A stretch of DNA of 64,000 nucleotides from the NCBI GenBank assembly GCA_026936335.1, contig JAPMXV010000053.1:124001-188000 (forward strand), written 5' to 3'. The notes under the pieces are model-generated. The model searched no databases. It was not told where the DNA came from and was given only the letters and a program-made list of their open reading frames with translations. Positions 19,687-30,014 of this stretch are shown one piece after another (the first letter of the stretch is position 1; each line of letters starts with the position of its first letter). The stretch comes from Mantamonas sphyraenae STR306 (lineage: Eukaryota > Protista > CRuMs). Made by a program: the position numbers and the translations under genes.

Positions 19687-22646
19687 ATGTCGCTTGCGTC
19701 ACGTCGAGGCAGGGTGCTTCCTGAAATCCATGCACCACGGCTGTTGCAACAACAGCAGGAGCAGCGTGCACAGGAGGCGGAAGCTGTGGAGCTGCAACAA
19801 CAACAACAGCAACAACAGCAGCAGCAGCAGCAATACCAGCAGGAGCAACGTCAACACGGGTCTGCTCACCGTCGTCGCGAGCAGCAACAAGGCGAGGATG
19901 AGGACGAAGGCGGGGCAAACAACAACGGCACACGGTTCACTCGTAGCAACAGCCTTGCACAGCGCATCGAATCGGCGCCGTTCATTCGGCAAAACACAGC
20001 AAGTGGGCGCACGTTTAAGCGCATTGTGGACGGGCAGCCGATGCCCGAACAGGAAAGCAAACATCTGACCCCCACTGCGGCGGCGTTTGCCATCGTCAGC
20101 TCGCAACTGACGCGGGGGATTGGGGGCAAGGGGTTTGAGGCAGTCACGAGTGCCACAAGGTAGGTGTGGCGAGGCGCATGCGACGTCAGTGCGGCGCGGT
20201 GCGGCAGAAAGTGTGCGGGTGGTCGGGAAGCTGACACACACACACGGGGGCTTTTTCTGGTGGGCCCTTGCAACGTCTACAGCCTCCTGGCGATCATCCG
20301 CTTGACAGAGAACAAGGCGGGACGCATCGGAGAGTATATCTTTGGGTTTTCGCTGATGGGCATTCTGCTGATGCTTGTGCAGAATGAGCTGCTGTACTCC
20401 CATTTCCGCGGGCCGGACCCAACGTCCGTCTGTGAAGCCTGTGAGATCACAAAGGGATTCGTTTCACTGTCGACTCTCATCGCACGTACGTTGTATGGGG
20501 GCGCATTGGTGGAGTGGGGCGGGTCCGTGGGACTGCAGTGTGGCCCAGTGGCGCGCACGGGCCGCAAAGAAGGCCTTGCCGCAACGGTCGGGGAACGCAG
20601 ATTTTAGTTTTGACTAACACCCACCCACACCACACGCGTACACACACAGTGTCCCTGTTGCCAAAGCTGTACACGTACTTTTGCAAGCTGCTGCAACTGG
20701 AGAACATGTTGCCTGCGGAAGCCAAGTGGTACAACACGTGGTTGCTGAAGCAGTTCCTGGTGGAGTTCTTCATCATTCTGCTGCATTTCCCACCGATGGT
20801 CAACGTGGCACCCACGATCTACGTGTTCTTCAACAAGCCCGTGACCAACTTTGGCACAGAGGTGTTCTCGCTGCTGCTGTTTCTGCGCATCTACCAGTTG
20901 CCCCGCGTGATTCTGTTCCGCTCGCGCTACTTTCGCGAGTCCAAGTTTCTGGGAGCCATGACGGACATCAGCGTGAGCACGGGCTTCACTCTGCGTGTGC
21001 ACGCCTACGAGTTTCCCATGCTGTCCCTGGCCTTCTTTGCCAGCGTGGTGTTTCTGTTCTGCTCCTACTCCATCTACGTGTGCGAACGCTACGTGGCCCA
21101 GGACTTTTTCTACACCGACTCGGCCTGGTTTACGGTGGTGACAATGACGACGGTGGGCTACGGTGTGATCACACCGGCAACACACATGGGCCGCTTCTTT
21201 GCGGTGTTGGCTGCGATTTCAGGCACGATTGCCACCTCGCTGATGATTGTGTCTGTGAACAACCGCATGAGTCTGACGCAAAAGGAAATCAAGGTGGTGT
21301 CGCTGGTGAGCAAGAACCGCTTTCGGCAAAAGATCCGCTCGATGGCGGCGACGTTCATCCAACGCGCCTGGCGCTACTCGGTGGCAAAGAACGACGGAAG
21401 CAGCATGCGTTCGGTGTGGTACCACAAGCGCCTGGTGTTCTCTGCGCTCAAGGCGTGGCGGCGGCTGAACCGCAGGTCCATTCAATCGTCGGCTATTTTC
21501 CAGGAGAGTGTGTCGAGTTCGCGCATCGAAGACATTTTTCACAGGGTTCGCATGATGGAAGAGCAACTGGAAGTGATGCTGGAGTCGGATGCAGCCACGG
21601 CGACGGCTGTGCAGGAGCTGGACGACGCGTCGCTGAACGCAATGGATCCTTCTCCGCGGCAATGGCCTGAACGCAGCAACAGGGGTGCGGGAATGGGCGG
21701 AGTTGGAGGGTTGGACGACGGATCCGGACTGACGGGCTCACTGACAGCACCAGTGGCATCGGGGGCAGGAGGACGCAGCAGATCGAGCAGCACGAGCACA
21801 ACGACAAATAGCCTGAACAGCAACGTGGGCCCGCTGGTGGGCAGCATGGTGGAGCACGGGGCAGCCGTGGAGGCTGAGGGAAGGCTGGTGATGGTGCCCC
21901 GTCCGGGCACAGGCGTGGAGAACGGAACTGAGGGGCGACAAGCGGGGACAGGTGGTGGAGGAGCGGGTGAAAAGGGAGGCAAACCGGGAGGCAAAGGAGA
22001 TGCGGTGATGGGACACACTCTGCTGGATGTGAGTGTCAAGGTGGATTCCATTGCGTCTGCACTGGAGGAGCTGAACAGCAAGGTGGTGTCACGCCTGCCC
22101 AAGGCGAACAAGGGAGGCGGGAACAACCTGAGCTTTGAAGACAGCATGAAGAATCGGATGAACGAGCTGCAGGAGAAACTGGTGACAGTGTACAATGTGT
22201 TGGAACAGACGCAGCAGCAGCAACGAGAGCTGCAACAATGGCAGGCCACGTGGCAGCGCCAGTTCCAAAGCCAGCTGGAGACCATTGGCACACTCTCGGT
22301 CGCTCTCAGCAGGGCAGCAGGGGTAGAGACGGATGTTGGGGGAGGAGGCGGTGGAGGAGGCGGAGGCGGAGGTGGAGGCGCAGATGAGAGCGACGTTGGC
22401 GATGCGAGCGAGATTGGAAGCATGTCCAACAGCCACAGCAACCACAGTGAAGGTGGAGGAGGAGACGGAGCGGAGAGGTTGATGCAGGCGTTGGACTCGC
22501 CTGGGGCAGATGTGCGGCGCGGGTCGTCGGGGTCGCTGCAGCCGCTGCGCGGTGCACAGGGTGACAGGGAGCGAGGGACGTCGACGGCGGCATCGTCGAT
22601 GCCGTTGCCGTCGCTGGGACGCGATGCGAGCAACAGCAGCGGGTGA
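19687..22646 (+). CDS. Small-conductance Ca2+-activated (SK/KCNN-like) 6-TM potassium channel
   Basis: Exons 19687-20159, 20283-~20485 and ~20650-22646. S1 GEYIFGFSLMGILLMLVQNEL, S4 LFLRIYQLPRV, pore TMTTVGYG, CaM-binding-like AATFIQRAWR. Confidence 0.85.
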
Positions 22647-22652
22647 ACGGGA

Positions 22653-23376
22653 TCAAGTGTACAGAGTCTTCCAGCGTTCTCGTTTGGCTGCCTGCTTGTC
22701 TTTGCGGTATGCCTTGACTTGGAGTTTGTCGCGTGCGTCCAGAGCCTTTTCAATGGCCTTTTTGGTGCGATTCTTCTTCTTGCGGCGTGTGTTGATTGCC
22801 TTTTTGCCCTGGGGTTGGGTGTCGTCCGCGGTGGAGTCCCCGCTGCCACTGCTGCCACTGCTGCTGCTGCTGCTGCTGCTGCTGGCAAACTTGGGCTGCA
22901 TGGCCTGGGCGTTGCGCATGGCCACCTCGACTGTGTTTTCGCCGTTGTTGGCAGCCTGAGCGGCGGCAGCCAGGCGCTTGCGGCGCATGTCCTCAAGCAC
23001 AGCGGCCCCTTCAGGGACGCAAGTGGGATGGGTGTAAGTGGGGAGGGAGGATGAAGGGAATATGGTACGAGGAAGGCTGTTGCGTGGAGCTCCACTGTGA
23101 AACCTACAGTCGTCTTGCTCTTGCTCATCCACCTGGGTTTCGATTTCCTCGCCATCGATGGTCTCTGCTTGCATTTGGTTTTCCTCAGCCAGCAGCCGTG
23201 CGAGGTTGGGATCGCCCATTTCCGCACGCAGTTTCTCCTTTTGTGCATTGATGCGCTTCATCTTCTTGCCTGTGCGGCGAGGGTGCATCGTGTGTCAGAT
23301 GGGGAGGTCCGGGAATGCGGGGTGCGCGGCACGCAAGGCCTCTCGGGGTCATTCGGCACGTACGTGACTTGCCCAT
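22653..23376 (-). CDS. Small basic protein, possibly Alb1-like ribosome biogenesis factor (3 exons)
   Basis: MGKSR|KKMKRINAQK.. with basic C-terminus KKAIEKALDARDKLQVK..KRERWKTLY. GT-AG introns are present. The family call is tentative. Confidence 0.5.
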
Positions 23377-23524
23377 GTTCAAAAGTGGGTATGTGGGTTG
23401 TGGGTGGATGCTTGGCTGGTTGGGTGGTTGGGAACGACGATTGGTTGGATGGTGGGGGGGGGGAAGCGCGACGGCGCCGTCAACTTTGGTCGACTGCAGC
23501 CCGCAAGAGCCTTGGACACAGAGC

Positions 23525-25270
23525 ATGCCTGGGAAGCGGAAACGACAGTTCTCGGAATCGAGGGAGAAGCGTGAAGCGTCGAAGCACGAGGAGGTGGTTG
23601 CCTATGTGCCGGAGGAGCCTGACCAGCCGTGGGGCGAGTGGGTGTGGCAGGTGCTGTGTGTTATGAAGGAGAACCGGAACGGGACATTTACGCTGGAGGA
23701 GAACGATTTCAAGAAGCCGCCTGCGCATCCGGTGCCGCCCAAGCCGACGACGGCAAAGCGATACACGAATGTGGCACCGCGGCATGTCATGCGCGGGTAC
23801 CCGTTCCGACCTGCCAACTACAAAGCAGGGGACAGGGTGTACTCGGTGTACCCGAACTGGTACCAACGCACAGACAACCAGCAGTGGACGTTCTTCTACA
23901 CAGACGTGCTGTACGCGGCGACAGTGCAGGAGGACTCGACGGTGGTGAGTTTTGGTCGGCCTTTCCCGCCAAAAAGCGGAGGAAGCCGCGCGGACGAGCA
24001 ATCCGCACGTGCGAGGGCAATGGATGCGTGCGGACAGAGGCTAAAGTGCATGATACGTGTGTGCGTGTACAGGGGTGGTCTCATAGAGGACGGGGAGGAA
24101 GCAGAAATGGCATGGACGGGCCGCAAAAGGAGTTGGCGACGTTCTCAGGAGGCAATTTCCGACTGACACGTGAGCGGGGCCACCGTGTACACACAGCCGC
24201 CGTATGGGCAGGAACAGTTTGTGAAGATTGTATTTGACGAGGAAGATCAGGTGCGAGACATGAGTGCGGCGTGCATGTTCAAGGTAGGCAAGCAGGGCGA
24301 GGGTTCCCCAGGCAAAAGGCGGAAAGCGGAGCGAACAGAGAGTGGAGCGCTGACAGGTGTCACGTGTGCCATGCAGCGACCACATGGGTTTGTAGAGCAT
24401 GTGCCCAGGGAAGCACCCGGGATGGGGTATCCGATGCAGGCGATGCAGACGCAGCAGAGCAGCAACGACATGTTTGGCAACCAGGGTGGTGCAGGGATGT
24501 GGAACGGACAGCAGAACATGGGCATGCAGGGGATGATGCAGGGGATGCAAGGGCTGCAAGGGATGCAAGGGATGCAAGGGATGCAAGGGATGCCCATGAT
24601 GGGTCAGCAACAGGGAGGAAACACGGGGGGCTTCCCGAATCTTGCGGGCCTGCAGATGCTTCACAATCTTGGGGGCAAGTTTGCACAAGGTGGAGGCCAG
24701 GGGCAGATGGCGTTCCCCAACGCCATGATGATGGGCATGGGTGGAGGCATGCAGATGCAACAGCAACAGCAACAGCAGCAGAACGAGGATGAGGACGATG
24801 ACGAGGAGGATGACGAGGAGGAAGAGGAAGACGAGGACGAGGATGACGATGAGGACGAGGATGAGGACGATGAGGATGAGGACGATGAGGATGAGGATGA
24901 TGATGGCGATGACGATGATGATGAGGAAGAGGAAGACGATGCCAGCAGCAGCCAGCCAGACGTGAAGCGGCAGCGTGTGGGAGCGGCGCCTGTGCCGGCG
25001 CCTGCAGCAGCGCCTGCAGCAGCACCTGTGATGAGAGCGCAGGCGTTGCCAGGGATGCCCAGCATTGGTTCAGCAAGCAGCAGCAGCAGCAGCGGCGGTG
25101 GTGTTGGTGGTGGTGTTGGTGGTGGAGTCTCGGCGCAAAGTGCGCAGGTGGACGCCGTGTCGGCAGCGGCAGCGGCGGCAGCAAACCGTGCTGCCGCTGA
25201 CAGCGATAGTAGCAGCGACAGCAGCAGCAGCGACAGTGATTCAGACAGTGACTCCTCATCGTCGGACTAG
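23525..25270 (+). CDS. SGF29-like tandem Tudor protein with MQG repeats and acidic tract
   Basis: Introns 23945-24196 and 24284-24376 give VAYVP..EWVW..FTLEEND..YKAGDRVYSVYP..TDVLYAATV..PP..KIVFDEE. This resembles the SGF29 double Tudor (LALYPQTTCFYRA..VLFED). Confidence 0.7.
24524..24592 (+). repeat. 9-bp coding repeat (MQG)n
   Basis: Repeated atgca(a/g)ggg units. Confidence 0.9.
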
Positions 25271-25359
25271 AGGCAGCAAAGTGCGCTGCGCTCGGTCCGC
25301 CAACGAATTAAAACTCGCTCGTCGCATCCACACACTCTTACACATACCAACACAACACA

Positions 25360-26131
25360 ATGAGCGAGAACAACGAGGCCAAAGACTGTCTAAACCCGAG
25401 CTGCAACTTCTTTGGGTAGGTTTTTGCGACGAAATTAAGGTTCCCGAGCACGCTGGTGGGCGAGTTTGCGCAAGGGCAAACGGCGGGCCCATGGGATCCG
25501 TGGAGCGGTGGCGTGTGCATAACTGGCGTAGGGTTGTGATGTGTATGCATGTGTGGCCTGTGCTTTGTGTGTGGGCGCCTGGCACATGCGGGAGGCTGCG
25601 GCTGCACGCGTGCAGTTTGCTGTCGAGTGCAGGAGTTTCCGGCTACGGCTGAAGTGTGGTCGGAACACACTCGGATGCGCGTAACCACACCAAGATGGCC
25701 CCATGGATGTGATTGAGATGGGAAATGTGACCCATGAGGGCGTGTGCGAGGGCGTGTGAATGGACAGCGGACGCGCAGTGGGGCAGGTGGAATTCTGCTG
25801 GAGCGGCCATCCAATCCATCCAACGGCGAGCTGACGCCGACGGCGGCGGACTGACACACACACACGGGACGGTGGCGCTGGGAACAGGAATGAGCAATTC
25901 AAGGGATACTGCTCTGCATGCTATGCGGAGCTGGGGATTGCTGATGCAATGGACGCAGAGTCCAACTCCCTGGAGCAGGAGGGAAGCAACAGCAGCGAGA
26001 AGCCAAGTGAGTTCTCAGTGAAACGCACCTAACGGGCAAGCAGAGAACACGTCATGTGTGTCGTGTGTTGCGCCATGGGTGCAGCCTATGTTGTGGATAT
26101 GCGTCTGTGTTGTGTGCATGTTTGTGTCGGA

Positions 26132-26162
<31 letters not shown>

Positions 26163-26462
26163 CGGTCGCCGCAGAGGGAGGGAGGAGAAGCGCCCATTGG
26201 CTGACGCGCGTTTCCTTTCCTGCTGAGCACAGAGAAAAAGAAGCGAAAGAAGCAGAAGGACCACACAAAGTGCTTTGCCTGCAAGAGGAAGGTGGGCTTC
26301 ACAGGCATCAAGTGCCGCTGCGATTACACCTTCTGTGCCAAGCACAGGTACCCGGAGCAGCACGACTGCGACTTTGACTACAAAACGTTTGGCCGCAAGC
26401 AGCTCGAGGAGGAGAACCAGGTGGTCAAGGCCAAGAAGCTGGTGCGCATTGAGAGTCTGTAG
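25360..26462 (+). CDS. A20/AN1 zinc-finger protein (ZFAND5/6, SAP-like), 3 exons; missed by the ORF track
   Basis: A20: CLNPSCNFFG|NEQFKGYCSACY. AN1: CFACKRKVGFTGIKCRCDYTFCAKHRYPEQHDCDFDYK. Introns ~25416-25887 and ~26006-26232. Confidence 0.9.
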
Positions 26463-26784
26463 GCGTGGTGGAAGGAAGGACCCTCATCACTCATCACATC
26501 TGGGTTGCAGAAGGAGGACACAAGCAGAATCGGGCCACACCGGACACACACGGATACACATACACGCACATACACACACACACACACACACACGGATGGA
26601 CACACATGAGACCGAAGGAATGGGTTGAGGCGGTGGCAGCGAACGGGGTGTTGTTGACGCGGGTGAAATAGACATGGAAAGATTGCTCCACTTGCACTGC
26701 ACGCGTGATCGAGGCCAACAAAACCACATCGCACGGCTGTAGGAACCACACGCGCATTGACTGCACTCTCACGTGGTCCATCCC

Positions 26785-27000
26785 ATGAGCAAACGCAAAT
26801 CGGTAGCGCTGAGTTCGAAAACGCGCCGCGACTCGGTCAACGACCGCTTGCGACGCGGATCGAATGCATCGCTGCGCACATTGAGTGTGCAACTCGGCTC
26901 CCTGTGTCACCACGAGGAATGTGATTGCACGGGGTTCGCACCGCATGCCTTGTTCCACCGCAATTGCAATGTTTGCGAACACGCCGTCGAGGCGCACTGA
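26785..27000 (+). CDS. Small protein with Cys/His zinc-binding C-terminus
   Basis: 71-aa ORF ending CHHEECDCTGFAPHALFHRNCNVCEHAVEAH*. Confidence 0.55.
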   Translation: MSKRKSVALSSKTRRDSVNDRLRRGSNASLRTLSVQLGSLCHHEECDCTGFAPHALFHRNCNVCEHAVEAH

Positions 27001-27242
27001 TCACAAAGAACCCACAGAGGAGTGATATCATGCCTCGGTGAACATTCTATGTGTTTCTGGGCGTTGTTCTCGGTGGTGGAGCCACGTTTACGCTCAATTG
27101 CAAGCGGCTGCTCAGAGAGAAAAAGGAAAAGGAAGTGTTGTTTTCGCTTTCGCGCGCATGGCCGCCCTACAGCAACAACAGCCACCCACAACAAACACCA
27201 ACCACACTCCAACCATCGGATTTGTTCTGTGGATGCGAAAAC

Positions 27243-28822
27243 TCAGGCGTTGCTGGGACTGGCACTGAGTGGCTTCAGACTGCGTCGATCCAACGAGCCT
27301 GCGCTTTGCAAGGCAAGCTCGTCGGCAGTTGCCAATTTGCTGGACAGCAGCTGCACCAGGGTGTCATTGCCAGCCTCGTGTGCGACATCCAGGGCTGTGT
27401 CACCCTGATGGTTGGCCACACTCTTGTCTGCTCCGTGGGCCAACAACACATGCACCATCTTGTCGTGGTTTGCAAACACGGCCAGAATCAACGCCGTGTT
27501 GCCTTCAATGTCCTGTGCGTCCCTGTGGCTGCCCTGTTCCAACAGCAACATGGCAACGTTGCTGTGTCCGTTGCGTGCTGCGTGCATCAGTGCAGTCTGT
27601 GCATCGTCGTCCACTGCATCCACATCTGCCTCCCGTGCAATCAACTTGGCTGCCACGTCTGCATGTCCACCCTCAGCCGCAAGCATCAATGGTGTGACCC
27701 CGCCTGCTCCGGGCCGGTTGACTTCCACGCTCTTCTTCAGCACCTCTTCCACCTTGGCCTGGTCACCCGCGGCACATGCTGCGCACAGGTCAGCTGTACA
27801 GAGAGAAGGAAACCGAGAGAGGGAGAGAGAGAGAGAGAGAGAGAGAGGAGAGGGTGTGAGCATGTGCCTTTTTCCCACAGTGTGCATGTGCATGTGCATG
27901 TGCACGTGTGTGTGTGTGTGTGTTGCATCCCCTCCTCGCCTTGCAAATCCCTCCCTTCCCACGCCTATGGACCAATACCACTCAACACCATTCACTCACC
28001 ATAGTTGACATCCGGGGCAAGGATGTTGATGATGGCGTCGTACTCGTTGTCGACGGCAATGGAGTAGGCCGAGGCGCCGTTCTTGTCCTGGTGCAACACC
28101 TCAACGTTCAAATCGAGCAGAATCTGTACCACCTCTGTGCTGCCACTGTAGGCAGCATACATGAGTGGCGTCTGATTGTCGCTGCAGCGGTGGTCTGGTT
28201 CCGCCTGTTGGCTGAGCAGATAGTTGACAATGTCCTTGTTGCCCACGTAGCAGGCGACCATCAACGCCGTCTTGCCCGCATGGTCCTCGTGACCCACACG
28301 CGCCCCAGCCTCCACCACACGTCGCACCACACGCTCGTTGTTGCCAAACACTGCGTACCGCAGACATGTGCGTCCTTCCTTGTCCTCTGTGTGCACCTGA
28401 CGCTCTCCATTGAATGCCAGCAGCACCTCCACCGTCGTTTCGTCGCCGTTGTTGCACGCCACCATCAACGCTGTGGGACCCCCCTTGGCTGCTGCCTTTT
28501 CGTCCAGTGCTTCCACCTCCTGGATGAAGGCGGCCACCTTTGGCGACGACATGTCTCCCTCCTGGAACGCTGCCAGTGTCTCTGCGTCCACTGTCGTCGG
28601 CGTCGGCCAACGTCACCGGTTGAGAGTCTTGTGAGTCAGTTTTCCTTTCGGCCCCCCCTGTGCCGTGTCTCCCTCCTCTGCATCCCATTGTCTCTCAGTC
28701 CCACACTTACCTTGCACGCCTCCTTCGATGTGCTCCTGGCGCAGGTCGTCCGGCTGTCCCGCCGTCTTGGAGCCGTTCGATCGCCCAGCGGCGTTTTGAG
28801 GCTTGGACGTCCCGCAGCCCAT
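27243..28822 (-). CDS. Ankyrin-repeat protein with N-terminal myristoylation/palmitoylation motif (MGC), 3 exons
   Basis: MGCGTSK start. Many ankyrin repeats (TALMVAC, TPLMYAA, TPLMLAA, TALMHAA, TALILA, TALDVA). Introns ~28710-28591 and ~27999-27795. Confidence 0.85.
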
Positions 28823-29011
28823 CTCTCGGTTTTTGGTTGACGGGGCATTCGCATGCCCAGACTCATCCAGTCTCACACTCTCTCCTTCACACACACACAC
28901 ACACACTCTCTCTCTCTCTTCCCCTCTCTGTGTGCATGCATGTGTATGTGCGTGCCCACACGCACCTTCGCTTGTCCACCCACCAAAAACTTCGATCATT
29001 AACACTCCACG

Positions 29012-29953
29012 ATGAGCCAGGCAGACATCAACATCACCATCACCTACGGCGATGAGAGCGGCGATATGTGTTTGACCCCCGAAGACGATGGCACTGTGCT
29101 GTTTGACCTGTCTGACGTGTTGGAGGCCCTGGATGCAAACACGGCACCGTGGGGCAAGTTTGTCGACTTTCAGGTGCGTTGTGGCCGCCCGTACATCACA
29201 CCCCATCTCAATCAGCACATATGTTCCACCTCTACACGCATGGTATGCTTTGCCCCGGTGCTGACACGCAAGGGACACGGCAACCCACCACGGCGGCCCC
29301 TCCCCCCGCGGCAAAACACGCACACAGGGATTGGACGACGGTGAAACCCAGGTTGCTCCCACAGAAAAGATCATGGAGGGCATGTGGTCGTTCAAGGCCG
29401 ATGCCATCCAGGACGGCAAGGAGTACACTCTGAAGTTTGACACGAGCGACGGTGTGCAGGTGAGTGGGGCGTGGGGCGTGCGAAAACGGCGTGTGAGGGG
29501 ACGCAGCCGTTGTGGCGCACGCAAAAGTTGCCGAGAATGGCAGGTGGAGGTCGATTTTGACGCTGACAGAGAGAGGGACGACACATCGCCCGGACGCAAT
29601 GGACACAGGCACTGGTGGACAAGCTGGACAGCAAGCAAAAGGCGCGTGTGCAGGAGCTGTTTGAGGAGATGGACACGGACAAGAGCGGGGAGATTGACGC
29701 CACGGAACTGCGGGCGTTCCTGGCCACCAAACAAGCCGACCAGATTGCCAAGCTGGAGGCAGTGGGTGTCAAAGGCGACAAACTGCACCAACACAAGGAG
29801 CGACTGGACATCCGAATGCAGCACACCATGGAAAGCATCTTTGGCAACGCAGACGCAGACCACAACGGCCTCATCGACCACACCGAGTTTCTCAACTTCC
29901 AGGCATGGAGCTACGACCGCTTTGGACACTTCATGGGCGATGAGGAGGCATAA
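29012..29953 (+). CDS. EF-hand calcium-binding protein with unrecognised acidic N-terminal domain (3 exons)
   Basis: EF-hands DTDKSGEIDATE and DADHNGLIDHTE. Introns ~29174-29327 and ~29460-29608 keep the frame. Confidence 0.75.
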
Positions 29954-30014
29954 AGACAAATTGGAATGCGGGAGAAGCACCAACCACACCAACACTTTCT
30001 TCAAAAGCTCAATC

